DNA of 64,000 nt from Candidatus Omnitrophota bacterium. Lineage in GTDB: Bacteria > Omnitrophota > Gorgyraeia > JAHJTE01. Positions 1 to 9,272 of this stretch are shown piece by piece. Where the stretch lies: contig JAHJTE010000001.1 of assembly GCA_018830005.1 (NCBI GenBank), positions 193,332-257,331 of the forward strand. The letters run 5' to 3'. Made by a program: the position numbers and the translations under genes. The notes below the pieces were generated by a model. That model saw nothing but the letters and a program-made list of their open reading frames with translations. It was not told the origin of the DNA and did no database searches. Position 1 is the stretch's first letter, and the number at the start of each line of letters is the position of its first letter.

Positions 1-238
1 TAAGGTTAACGATAAACTGCGTGAGTTCTTTTCTAATATAGGAATAGACTTGGTTGATTTTAAACTTGAATTTGGTAGATTTAAAGGAAAGATATTATTA
101 GCAGATGAGATTTCACCCGATACCTGTCGACTCTGGGAGAAAGGAACAGGCAGAAAAATGGATAAAGACAGGTTCAGGCGTGACCTGGGGAGAATCGAAG
201 AAACCTACCAGGAAGTGACAAAGCGAATTTTAGCTTGA
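1..238 (+). CDS. purC: SAICAR synthetase (PurC), 3' partial; ORF is open in frame 2 from window start (…[26 protein letters not shown]…)
   Basis: C-terminal PurC signature '[10 protein letters not shown]…[15 protein letters not shown]…[10 protein letters not shown]'; no stop in this frame back to position 2, so the gene continues upstream of the window. Confidence 0.8.
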   Translation, partial: KVNDKLREFFSNIGIDLVDFKLEFGRFKGKILLADEISPDTCRLWEKGTGRKMDKDRFRRDLGRIEETYQEVTKRILA

Positions 239-385
239 TATATTTACCTCAGATAATCCTATAGTTCTGTGTAATTCCGTAAGGAAATCCTATTTAGATA
301 TTCTGAATCTTTTTTATTCAGCATTGCGCCAACCCTATTTTTAGTAAACATTAAAGATTTGAGAATAGTATAATATGTTAGATAA

Positions 386-415
386 AGCCGCGAAGAAGCG
401 GCTAGATGTTTTAAG
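386..415 (+). terminator. Possible intrinsic terminator/hairpin after purC (stem agccgc/gcggct, loop gaagaa, then T-rich 'gatgtttt')
   Basis: 6-bp GC-rich inverted repeat 386-391/398-403 followed by a T tract 4 nt downstream; the U-run is not immediately adjacent. Confidence 0.25.
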
Positions 416-512
416 TTAATCTGTAAAGAGGCAGATACGCCAAGGATGGCCTCCAGGGAATAGTTTGTATTAGTACAGGTAAAGAAGCTTTTAAATTTGA
501 TTAAGGTAAATA

Positions 513-2741
513 ATGGAGGAATTTAAGATGTCTGAGAGTACAATTGTCATTACAAAAGAGATAATCGAAAAAGAAGGATTATCTTTAGAAGAATACGAGA
601 GGATAAAAGAGTTTATTGGTCGGGAGCCTAATTATACAGAGTTAGGGATGTTTTCGGCAATGTGGAGTGAACATTGTTCCTATAAAAATTCAAGGCCGGT
701 ATTAAAAATTTTTCCCACTAAGGGAAAACAAGTTCTTCAAGGCCCTGGTGAAAATGCAGGGATTGTTGATATCGGCGAGGGCTATGGTGTTGCTTTTAAG
801 ATGGAATCACATAACCATCCTTCTGCTGTTGAGCCTTATGAGGCTTCTGCTACGGGCGGAGGGGGTTGTATGAGAGATATTTTTACCATGGGCGCAAGGC
901 CGGTTGCCTTGTTGGGATCGATAAGATTAGGTGCTTTAGGTGATAAAAAGGTCCAATGGTTATTTAAGGAGATAGGAAGAGGCTTTAGTAGCTATGCTAA
1001 TGTCGTTGAAGTACCGGTTGTTGGAGGAGAAATATATTTCGATCAAAGCTATGAAGGCAACCCCTTAGTTAATGCAATGACAGTCGGCATCCTCAAGCAC
1101 GGTGAAATTACCAGGGCTAAAGCAGCCGGCATAGGTAATATTGTAGCAATGATTGGCGGCGATACTGGTAAAGACGGCGTAGGAGGAGCTGCTTTTGCAT
1201 CTGGAGGGCTGCAGGCCGGCGCTCAAGAGGATACATCTTCAGTTGCTATTGGAGATCCGCAAATGGGCAAAAATTTAAGGGAGGCCTCCTTAGAGCTTAT
1301 TAAATCAGGCATAGTTGTCGGTATGCAGGATATGGGAGCAGCCGGCTTAGTTTGTTCGACCTCGGAGACCGCATCAAAGGGCAATGTTGGAATAGAGATT
1401 GATATTAGTAAGGTTAGGAAGCGCGTTGCTAATATGAATGCCTATGAGATAATGCTTTCTGAAAGCCAGGAAAGAATGTTAGTTATTCTGGAGAAGGATA
1501 AAATAGCCCAGGCCAAGGAGATCTGCGATAAATACTGCGTTCCTCTAGATATTATTGGTTTGGTAAAAGAAGGGGATATGCTAACAGTTAGAGAAGGGGA
1601 TAATGTGGTAGCAGAGGTGCCGGCAAAGGCATTGACGGAGAAAGCGCCCGTTTATATTAGAGAAGAAAAAAAGCCGGATTTTTCTAAGTTTAAATTAGAC
1701 CTCAAAGAGATAAGTCAGCCAAAAGATTATAACCAGGTTTTAATTAAATTATTGAGCTCGCCGACAATAGCAGATAAAAATATAGCTTATAGCAAGAGTG
1801 ATGCGAGTTTATTCTCTAGGGTTATAATAAAGTCGGGCCAGGCAGATGCAGCGGTGATTAAGGTTACCGAAAGAAGAGGCGTTGCTGCCACTACTAACTG
1901 TAATGGGACCTATTGTAGGCTTAATCCTAGATTGGGAGGCCAAATTGCAGTAGCAGAATCAGCTAGGAATTTAGTTTGCGTGGGAGCAAAGCCCTTAGCT
2001 ATTACCGATTGTCTAAATTTCGGTAATCCAACAGATCCTGAAATATTTTGGGGCTTTAGAAAATGCTGCCAAGGAATAGCAGATGCCTGCAAGACTTTAG
2101 ATACTCCGGTGGTAAGCGGTAATGTGAGTTTCTATAATGAAAATCCGAAAGGTACTGTAGATCCTACTCCGGCTATTGGCATGGTCGGGGTTATCGAAGA
2201 TATTAATAAAGTGCAGACCCAAGATTTTAAAGAGGAAGGAGATGTCATTTTATTATTAGGCCAGACAAAAGAGGAAATTGGAGGCTCTGAGTATCTTAAG
2301 GTTATTCATAACTTAAAAAAGGGAGATGCCCCTTCTTTAGATTTAGAAAGAGAGAAGGCACTTTGTGAGGTTGTTCTTACTGCAATAAGGCAAGGGTTAG
2401 TTCAGTCTGCGCACGATTGTTCTGAAGGAGGTTTAGCTATCGCCTTAGCAGAGAGTTGTATAAGCAATCCAGTTAAGAAACTGGGGGCTAGGATTGATTC
2501 AGCCGGTCAAAACATCAGAACAGATGCACTTTTATTTGGAGAGACACAATCGCGTATAATACTAAGTGCAAAGCAGGAGAAGGTCCAAGAAATAATGCAG
2601 ATTGCCAAAGAGCATAAAATTCCAATTTCTATAATTGGCAAGGTGGGTGGCAATAGGCTCTTAATTAACCAATCAATAGATATATCTGTTGATGAGCTAA
2701 ATAAAGCTTGGCGCAATTCAATAGGAAATTACCTTAAATAA
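513..2741 (+). CDS. purL: Phosphoribosylformylglycinamidine synthase subunit PurL (FGAM synthase II); alternative start at 528 (MSEST) has a better SD (GGAGG at 515-519)
   Basis: 742 aa; two AIR-synthase-related domains with PurL motifs 'SAMWSEHCSYK', 'HNHPSAVEPY', 'DTGKDGVGGA'. Confidence 0.9.
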   Translation: MEEFKMSESTIVITKEIIEKEGLSLEEYERIKEFIGREPNYTELGMFSAMWSEHCSYKNSRPVLKIFPTKGKQVLQGPGENAGIVDIGEGYGVAFKMESHNHPSAVEPYEASATGGGGCMRDIFTMGARPVALLGSIRLGALGDKKVQWLFKEIGRGFSSYANVVEVPVVGGEIYFDQSYEGNPLVNAMTVGILKHGEITRAKAAGIGNIVAMIGGDTGKDGVGGAAFASGGLQAGAQEDTSSVAIGDPQMGKNLREASLELIKSGIVVGMQDMGAAGLVCSTSETASKGNVGIEIDISKVRKRVANMNAYEIMLSESQERMLVILEKDKIAQAKEICDKYCVPLDIIGLVKEGDMLTVREGDNVVAEVPAKALTEKAPVYIREEKKPDFSKFKLDLKEISQPKDYNQVLIKLLSSPTIADKNIAYSKSDASLFSRVIIKSGQADAAVIKVTERRGVAATTNCNGTYCRLNPRLGGQIAVAESARNLVCVGAKPLAITDCLNFGNPTDPEIFWGFRKCCQGIADACKTLDTPVVSGNVSFYNENPKGTVDPTPAIGMVGVIEDINKVQTQDFKEEGDVILLLGQTKEEIGGSEYLKVIHNLKKGDAPSLDLEREKALCEVVLTAIRQGLVQSAHDCSEGGLAIALAESCISNPVKKLGARIDSAGQNIRTDALLFGETQSRIILSAKQEKVQEIMQIAKEHKIPISIIGKVGGNRLLINQSIDISVDELNKAWRNSIGNYLK

Positions 2742-2765
2742 TATAAGGTAGAGAGGGGAAGGGTA

Positions 2766-3419
2766 ATGAGCAAGAAAAATTCCAAGAGTGGATTTATCTC
2801 TGAAGATCCTTGGCGAGTATTTCGCATTATGTCTGAGTTTGTGGAGGGGTTTGAGGTTATGTCCCAGATCGGTCCAGCCATGGCTATTTTTGGTTCATCG
2901 CGCACGAAGAGAGGCGATAAATATTACAAGATTGCCGAAAGAATAGCCTATTATTTAGCAAAGAGTGGTTACGCGATTATTACTGGCGGCGGGCCAGGTA
3001 TTATGGAGGCGGCTAATAAAGGTGCCAACATGGCAAAGGGGAAATCCGTCGGCTTTAATATCCATATTCCGAGTGAACAGAAGGCAAACTCCTATGTTAA
3101 AATCTTGCTTGATTTTAGATATTTCTTTGTGCGTAAGGTAATGTTTGCAAAATATGCCAAGGCATTTGTAATCTTGCCCGGGGGTTTTGGCACCTTGGAT
3201 GAATTATTTGAATCAATTACCTTAGTTCAGACAAAACGCATTGAACCCTTCCCCATTATTTTGGTAGGGAGTTCCTATTGGGCAGGACTGCTTGATTGGA
3301 TTAAGGTTTCGGTGTTAAAAAATAGTTGTATTTCTAGAAAAGATTTAGAGATTTTTAGCATTGCCGACAGCCCCAAAGAGGTAGCGCAGATAATAAAGAG
3401 ATTTTATAAGCACGGTTAA
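2766..3419 (+). CDS. LOG family protein (cytokinin riboside 5'-monophosphate phosphoribohydrolase-like / TIGR00730 Rossmann-fold nucleotide-binding protein)
   Basis: LOG motifs 'GGGPGIMEAANKGA' and 'PGGFGTLDELFE'; 217 aa. Confidence 0.8.
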   Translation: MSKKNSKSGFISEDPWRVFRIMSEFVEGFEVMSQIGPAMAIFGSSRTKRGDKYYKIAERIAYYLAKSGYAIITGGGPGIMEAANKGANMAKGKSVGFNIHIPSEQKANSYVKILLDFRYFFVRKVMFAKYAKAFVILPGGFGTLDELFESITLVQTKRIEPFPIILVGSSYWAGLLDWIKVSVLKNSCISRKDLEIFSIADSPKEVAQIIKRFYKHG

Positions 3420-3422
3420 AAT

Positions 3423-4847
3423 ATGCCTTTAGGTATTTATAGCCAAGAGAAGGATTATTATCCGAGAGAGCACTGCGGGCTTTTTGGTATATATGGTGCC
3501 AGAGAAGCAAGCTATTTGACATATTTAGGGTTGTATGCGCTCCAGCACCGGGGTGAGGAGTCAGCAGGAATTGTCAGCTCTGATAAAGGAATAATCTCTA
3601 TATACAAAAATATGGGCTTAGTTAATGAGGTCTTCACTCCTGCGAGGCTAAAGACTCTTAAAGGCAGCATTGCCTTTGGTCATATTCGTTATTCTACCAC
3701 TGGCTCAAGCTCAATAAAGAATGCCCAACCAATAGTGATTGACCATCTGGGCAGCTCTTTATCTATAGGTCATAATGGTAACTTGGTAAATAGTCTAAGC
3801 CTAAAGAAACAGCTAGAGGCGAAAGGCTCAATCTTTAGGACCGCTACTGATTCTGAGATTATCCTGCATCTTATGGCCAGGGCCAAGACTAGAAGCCTGA
3901 AAGGGATGCTGACGTATGCCCTTAGTAAGATTAAAGGAGCCTATTCTCTTATTTTAATGACTAATGATGCCTTAATTGGTGTGCGTGATCCTGGAGGTTT
4001 TAGGCCACTTTCTCTGGGCAAGAAAGGTAAAGGCCTTTGTTTAGCCTCTGAGACATGCGCCTTTGATTTAGTGGGTGCCCAGTTTATAAGAGACATCAGG
4101 CCAGGGGAGGTAGTTATCATTGACCGCAAGGGGCTGCATTCCTTTTTTCCTTTAAAAGTCAGACAGAAACCTTCTTATTGTATATTTGAACATATATATT
4201 TTTCCCGACCAGACTCATTTTTATTCGGGGAGTCGGTTCACGTTGTACGAGGGCGTCTAGGAGAGAATTTGGCAAAAGAACATCCTGTGGATGCAGATAT
4301 TGTGGCCAGTGTTCCTGATTCAGGAAATTCTGCCAGCTTAGGTTTTTCCCATGCCAGCGGCATACCCCTAGAGATGGCCATTATTCGTAATCACTACGTA
4401 GGTCGGACCTTTATCCAGCCACATCAGGAAATTCGCGATTTAAGGGTGAAGCTAAAGTTCAATTTAATAAAAGATATAATTAAGGGAAAGAGGGTGGTAA
4501 TTGTAGATGACTCTATTGTGCGGGGGACAACTTCACGTATCCGTGTCAATAGCCTTAAAGAAGCAGGAGCAAAAGAAGTGCATTTACGTATCTCTTGTCC
4601 GCCCCATAAATTTGCCTGTTTCTATGGTATAGATTTTCCTCGCTCTAGTGAGTTGATTGCCAATAGATTGAATTTACGAGAAAGAGAAAAGTTTTTAGGT
4701 GTGGATAGTTTAAGATATTTAAGTTTAGAAGGTTTACAAGTTTCAGTTGAATCGCCCAGCTGTAATTATTGCTTTGCCTGTTTTACTGGAACTTATCCAG
4801 TTGCCTTTGAGAACAAAGGTAAATATGACCTTGAGCCAAGATGTTAA
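3423..4847 (+). CDS. purF: Amidophosphoribosyltransferase (PurF), [4Fe-4S]-containing type with propeptide
   Basis: Ntn nucleophile 'CGLFGIYG' after a short propeptide; PRTase motif 'VVIVDDSIVRGTT'; C-terminal Cys ligands 'CFYGIDFP…CNYCFACFTG'. Confidence 0.9.
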   Translation: MPLGIYSQEKDYYPREHCGLFGIYGAREASYLTYLGLYALQHRGEESAGIVSSDKGIISIYKNMGLVNEVFTPARLKTLKGSIAFGHIRYSTTGSSSIKNAQPIVIDHLGSSLSIGHNGNLVNSLSLKKQLEAKGSIFRTATDSEIILHLMARAKTRSLKGMLTYALSKIKGAYSLILMTNDALIGVRDPGGFRPLSLGKKGKGLCLASETCAFDLVGAQFIRDIRPGEVVIIDRKGLHSFFPLKVRQKPSYCIFEHIYFSRPDSFLFGESVHVVRGRLGENLAKEHPVDADIVASVPDSGNSASLGFSHASGIPLEMAIIRNHYVGRTFIQPHQEIRDLRVKLKFNLIKDIIKGKRVVIVDDSIVRGTTSRIRVNSLKEAGAKEVHLRISCPPHKFACFYGIDFPRSSELIANRLNLREREKFLGVDSLRYLSLEGLQVSVESPSCNYCFACFTGTYPVAFENKGKYDLEPRC

Positions 4848-4884
4848 TTTAGGTGAGCTATTAATTTAAAAAGAAGAGGTATTT

Positions 4885-5904
4885 ATGATGAAAAAATTAA
4901 CCTATAAAAAAAGTGGCGTGGATACAAAGAAGGCAGCCAAGTTTATTAAAGACATTACCCCGTTGGTTAAACAGACTAAAAGGTTTGGAGTCTTAAAGGA
5001 TATTGGCAGTTTTGGAGGTTTTTTTTCTTTTTTAAAACCTAGTCTTAAGCATCCGGTCTTGGTCTCTTCTAGTGATGGAGTGGGCACCAAGATTAAAATT
5101 GCCATCTTGGCTAATATTCATGATAGCGTAGGCATTGACTTAGTAGCAATGAATGTTAATGATGTCCTTTGTTCAGGAGCCCAGCCTCTGTTTTTTCTTG
5201 ATTATATCTCTTGTTGTCAGATCCAGCCCAAGACTTTTAAGTCAATTATTAAAGGGATTGTTAACGGTTGCAAACAGGCTGACTGTGCTCTTTTAGGCGG
5301 AGAGACAGCCGAGATGCCCGGGATGTATAAAAAAGGCGATTATGACCTGGCGGGTTTCTGCGTAGGGGTGGTAGAAAGGGATAAAATAATTAGGCCAAAT
5401 AAAGTATCCACAGGAGATGTTGTATTAGGCATAGCCTCATCTGGACTTCATTCTAACGGATTTTCCTTAGTACGTAAGATATTTAATAAAGCGCAACTTT
5501 TGTCAAATAAAAGAGAGTTGCTTAAACCAACCCGTATCTATGTGCGGCCAGTATTAAAGTTACTTAAGGAGTTTAACCCTGGTACAGATTTTAAGATCAA
5601 AGGCATTGCCCATATCACCGGAGGCTCATTCTATGATAAGGCTAGCCGCATTGTTCCTAAAGGGAAAACCATTCTTATTAAAAAGGGCTCCTGGCCTATC
5701 CCAAAGATCTTTAAGGCAGTTGCCCAAAAGGGTAAGGTCCAGGAAAAAGAGATGTTTCATACCTTTAATATGGGCATAGGTATGGTTTTAATCCTGGATA
5801 AAAGAATTGCTAGGAAGGCATTAAATAGATTAAGATCTCTAAGGTTTAAAAGCTGGATTATTGGAGAGATTGTTAAGGGTAAGGGAAAGGTCACTATAGC
5901 CTAG
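4885..5904 (+). CDS. purM: Phosphoribosylformylglycinamidine cyclo-ligase (AIR synthetase, PurM)
   Basis: PurM motifs 'YKKSGVDT', 'GGFFSF', 'VSSSDGVGTK', 'HITGGSF'. Confidence 0.9.
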   Translation: MMKKLTYKKSGVDTKKAAKFIKDITPLVKQTKRFGVLKDIGSFGGFFSFLKPSLKHPVLVSSSDGVGTKIKIAILANIHDSVGIDLVAMNVNDVLCSGAQPLFFLDYISCCQIQPKTFKSIIKGIVNGCKQADCALLGGETAEMPGMYKKGDYDLAGFCVGVVERDKIIRPNKVSTGDVVLGIASSGLHSNGFSLVRKIFNKAQLLSNKRELLKPTRIYVRPVLKLLKEFNPGTDFKIKGIAHITGGSFYDKASRIVPKGKTILIKKGSWPIPKIFKAVAQKGKVQEKEMFHTFNMGIGMVLILDKRIARKALNRLRSLRFKSWIIGEIVKGKGKVTIA

Positions 5905-5907
5905 ACA

Positions 5908-7230
5908 ATGAAGATTCTAGTTTTAGGTAGCGGCGGAAGAGAACACACACTGGTTTATAAGATTGGCCAGTCTTCTTTGGTAGATAAGATATTTTGCATT
6001 CCGGGTAATGCTGGAATAGCTCAAGATGGCGCAGAGTGTGTTAATATTTCACTAGATGATCAGCAGGGATTAATTGAATTCGCAAAGCGTGAAGCAGTTG
6101 ATCTTACTGTTGTCGGACCTGAAGTTCCTCTGGCTGAGGGCATTGTAGATGCATTCGAGGCAGCTGGTTTAAAAATTTTTGGCCCGAGAAAACAAGCAGC
6201 TCAATTAGAATCAAGCAAGATATTCGCCAAGAATTTGCTTAGAAAATATAATGTTCCTACAGCTGATTTTAAAATATTCTCTGATCTTAAGCAGGCCCTT
6301 AGCTTCCTGCGCTCTAAGGATTTTCCTCAGGTGATAAAGGCCGATGGCCTAGCTGCTGGTAAAGGGGTGAGGATAGTAAATTCTTACCCTGAGGCTAAAG
6401 TAGCAGTCGAGGATATGATGCAGAAGAAGATCTTTCAGAAAGCAGGAGAAAGAATCCTGGTTGAGGAGTGTTTGATAGGCGATGAGGTTTCGATTATGGT
6501 CTTAACTGATTCTGAAACAATCCTGCCTCTTGTATCGAGTCAGGACCATAAGAGGGTATTTGATAATGATAGCGGCCCAAACACAGGTGGAATGGGCGCA
6601 TATTCTCCTGCAGCAATCGGAGGCGATTTATTTAAACAGATTATAGATTCTATCGTAGTTCCTGTCATCTCTGGTCTTAAAAAACAGGGCATTGTTTATA
6701 AGGGTGTACTTTATGTAGGTATTATGCTTACCTCAGAAGGTCCAAAGGTCTTAGAGTTTAATGTACGTTTTGGTGATCCGGAAACGCAGGTTATATTACC
6801 GCGTCTAAAAACAGATATAGTTAGAGTTTTTCAGGCTGTGGTAGAGGCGAGATTAAAAGATATAGAATTAGATTGGGATGAACGCAGTTGTGTCTGCGTT
6901 GTGTTAGCCTCTGGCGGATATCCTGGTCACTACGAAAAGAACAAGCCAATATCTGGTTTAGGCAATCTGGCTAAAGATAAAGATGTATTTGTTTTTCATG
7001 CTGGGACAAAATTTTATAACGGAGAATTGGTTACCTCAGGAGGCAGGGTATTAGGAATAAGTGCCTTGGGCCCTACTCTAGATGAAGCAATCACTCGTAT
7101 GTATGAGGCAGTATCACAGATTTCATTTAAGGCTATGCATTTTCGAAAGGACATTGCCCAGAGGGCATTGAAGCCGAGTGTTTCTGTGGGTTTTGATCCC
7201 GGGATAGAGTTAAAGAGAAACGTTAAATAG
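5908..7230 (+). CDS. purD: Phosphoribosylamine--glycine ligase (PurD)
   Basis: Starts 'MKILVLGSGGREH'; ATP-grasp region 'IKADGLAAGKGV'; 440 aa. Confidence 0.9.
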   Translation: MKILVLGSGGREHTLVYKIGQSSLVDKIFCIPGNAGIAQDGAECVNISLDDQQGLIEFAKREAVDLTVVGPEVPLAEGIVDAFEAAGLKIFGPRKQAAQLESSKIFAKNLLRKYNVPTADFKIFSDLKQALSFLRSKDFPQVIKADGLAAGKGVRIVNSYPEAKVAVEDMMQKKIFQKAGERILVEECLIGDEVSIMVLTDSETILPLVSSQDHKRVFDNDSGPNTGGMGAYSPAAIGGDLFKQIIDSIVVPVISGLKKQGIVYKGVLYVGIMLTSEGPKVLEFNVRFGDPETQVILPRLKTDIVRVFQAVVEARLKDIELDWDERSCVCVVLASGGYPGHYEKNKPISGLGNLAKDKDVFVFHAGTKFYNGELVTSGGRVLGISALGPTLDEAITRMYEAVSQISFKAMHFRKDIAQRALKPSVSVGFDPGIELKRNVK

Positions 7231-7241
7231 GAGGCTAATAA

Positions 7242-7742
7242 ATGGCAAAAGCAATAGTTAGTATTATTATGGGCAGCTCTTCTGATACACAGGTCTTGAA
7301 AGAAACAGAAATTATCTTGGAAAGATTTTCAGTGCCTTTTGAAAAGAGAGTTCTCTCGGCTCACCGCAGCCCGGAGGATTTAGTGGAATATGTTAAAAAG
7401 GCACAGGATAAAGGCACCAAGATTATTATTGCTGGCGCTGGTGGTGCAGCAGCATTAGCCGGAGTAGTTGCTGCCCATACAGTCTTACCAGTGATCGGCA
7501 TTCCTATGGAGACAAACAGTCTAAAAGGGCTTGATTCGCTTTTGTCTACTGTTCAGATGCCATCCGGCGTTCCTGTAGCAACAATGGCAGTTGGAAAGGC
7601 GGGAGCTAAAAATGCAGCTATCTTGACTTTGCAGATTCTGGCAATAACCGATAAAAAACTCCAGAGGAAATTAGCGGCCTATAAAAAAGAATTGGTTGAT
7701 ACAGTAAGAATTCAGAACAAGAAATTCAAGAATAAAAAATAG
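7242..7742 (+). CDS. purE: (N5-)carboxyaminoimidazole ribonucleotide mutase PurE
   Basis: PurE motifs 'IMGSSSD', 'SAHRSP', 'IAGAGGAAALAGVVAA'; 166 aa; class I vs II not resolvable here. Confidence 0.85.
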   Translation: MAKAIVSIIMGSSSDTQVLKETEIILERFSVPFEKRVLSAHRSPEDLVEYVKKAQDKGTKIIIAGAGGAAALAGVVAAHTVLPVIGIPMETNSLKGLDSLLSTVQMPSGVPVATMAVGKAGAKNAAILTLQILAITDKKLQRKLAAYKKELVDTVRIQNKKFKNKK

Positions 7743-7747
7743 AATAT

Positions 7748-8818
7748 ATGCAGACTAAGATTTTTAAGATGAGTGAGGAGTCTATTGATTATAAGGCATT
7801 GACTGATTGTGTCCAGATTATGGAAAAAGGAGGCATTGTTGCCTTTCCTACGGAAACAGTCTATGGTCTAGGCGTTAATCGCGATAGCAATCAAGCCTTA
7901 AGACGCCTATCTGAGATTAAGAAGCGGTCTTTAAATAAGCAGTTCAGCGTGCATATTGGACCATATCAGCGAATAGAAGATTTTACTTCTGATAATTCAA
8001 GCAGTATTTATAAACTCATCGATAAATTTTGGCCAGGACCCTTGACCTTAATTCTTAAAGCGAAAAGGCGAGGCGAAAAGGTAGGTTTACGTTGTCCTTC
8101 CAATAGAATAGCACAGGAATTAATTAATAGGGCAGTTAATGTGATTGCAGCAACCTCTGCCAATTCATCGGGTGAGGAGCCGGCAGTTGATCCCCGGAGA
8201 GTTTTAGATGAATTTAACGGCAATATTGATGCGTTGATAGATTCAGGTAGAACTGAACTGGCTAAGGAATCTTCTATCGTTGATTTATCAGAGGAAAGCC
8301 CTAAATTATTGAGAATCGCAGCCATAGGAAAAGAGAAAATAGAAAAGGTACTAAATACGAAAGTTGTGCTTTTTGTTTGTACTGGGAATTCATGTCGTTC
8401 TGTTATGGCAGCTGTCTTGTTAAAGGAAAAGCTTAAAAGTGATGCTAAAGATGATATTGAGGTTATTGACGCAGGTATTGCTACATTAGGTGGTATTTCA
8501 GCATCGCAACCTAGTATAGAACTCCTAGCGCGCGTTGGCATTGATGCCTCCAAACATCTTTCTACTCAATTGACGCGCAGAATGATTAGAAAGGCAGATT
8601 TGATTTTTGCTATGGCCAGAATTCATGAAAAGCATATCTTGTCTTTAGCGCCCGAGGCAAAAAATCGCCTGTATCTTTTAAAGGAGTTTGGCCAGGAAAA
8701 AGACGTCTCCAAGACAGATATAGACATAGTTGATCCGATAGGCAGGTCAATGGAGGTTTATGAGGATTGTTTCAATATAATAAAACAATCAATAGAAAGG
8801 GTGAGTGAGCTTATATGA
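7748..8818 (+). CDS. Fusion protein: L-threonylcarbamoyladenylate synthase TsaC/YrdC/YwlC-like domain + low-molecular-weight protein tyrosine (or arginine) phosphatase domain
   Basis: N-terminal YrdC-type motifs 'VAFPTETVYGLG', 'FWPGPLTLIL', 'ATSANSSG'; C-terminal LMW-PTP P-loop 'VLFVCTGNSCRS' (CX5R) and 'DIVDPIG' with catalytic Asp. Confidence 0.8.
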   Translation: MQTKIFKMSEESIDYKALTDCVQIMEKGGIVAFPTETVYGLGVNRDSNQALRRLSEIKKRSLNKQFSVHIGPYQRIEDFTSDNSSSIYKLIDKFWPGPLTLILKAKRRGEKVGLRCPSNRIAQELINRAVNVIAATSANSSGEEPAVDPRRVLDEFNGNIDALIDSGRTELAKESSIVDLSEESPKLLRIAAIGKEKIEKVLNTKVVLFVCTGNSCRSVMAAVLLKEKLKSDAKDDIEVIDAGIATLGGISASQPSIELLARVGIDASKHLSTQLTRRMIRKADLIFAMARIHEKHILSLAPEAKNRLYLLKEFGQEKDVSKTDIDIVDPIGRSMEVYEDCFNIIKQSIERVSELI

Positions 8819-9258
8819 TAAGAATAGCTATTGGTAGTGATCATAGAGGGTATTTTCTAAAAGGCAAGCTTAAGAATTTTTTAAGAAGCAATAAAGTGCC
8901 AGCTATTGATGTTGGTACGCATTCTCCTAAGTCTTGTGATTATCCGCTGTTTGCTAAAAGGGTTGCGCATCTGGTTTCTCAAGCAAGAGTAGATTACGGA
9001 ATTTTAATATGTAAGACTGGAATCGGAAGCGCAATAGCAGCAAATAAAATCAAGAATATACGCGCAGCACTTTGTTATAATATAAAGGCAGCTAGATTTT
9101 CTCGCCAGCACAACAACGCCAATATCTTGGTGTTGGGTTCAGATTTTGTTAGTGAGGATCGTGCTAAAAGGATAGTGCAAGAGTGGTTATCGACTAACTT
9201 CGGCGGCGGCCGGCACGAAAGAAGGTTAAAACAGATTACTAATATTGAGGAAGAATAG
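8815..9258 (+). CDS. rpiB: Ribose-5-phosphate isomerase B (RpiB/LacAB family)
   Basis: '[13 protein letters not shown]…[16 protein letters not shown]'; 147 aa; 4-nt overlap with upstream gene. Confidence 0.85.
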   Translation: MIRIAIGSDHRGYFLKGKLKNFLRSNKVPAIDVGTHSPKSCDYPLFAKRVAHLVSQARVDYGILICKTGIGSAIAANKIKNIRAALCYNIKAARFSRQHNNANILVLGSDFVSEDRAKRIVQEWLSTNFGGGRHERRLKQITNIEEE

Positions 9259-9272
9259 AGAGGCTACTTACG

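Noticed and set aside
50-238. Track ORF treated as a complete 62-aa gene
   Set aside because: The reading frame stays open to position 2 and encodes the conserved PurC C-terminus, so it is the 3' end of a gene starting upstream of the window.
239-512. Possible purine/ZTP riboswitch in the 274-nt leader between purC and purL
   Set aside because: I could not find the conserved purine-riboswitch core (UAUA…GGAUAUGGC…CCGUAAAU…CUACUA…) or pfl/ZTP motif blocks. Only a weak 'ccgtaagg' resemblance. Needs a covariance-model scan (Rfam RF00167/RF01750).
8008-8553. 181-aa reverse-strand ORF (also 18918-19409, 46442-47137, 62668-63078 and other minus-strand ORFs inside + strand genes)
   Set aside because: Each lies fully antisense to a CDS with clear family motifs. 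They have low-complexity Ser/Leu-rich translations with no RBS. I treat them as frame shadows.
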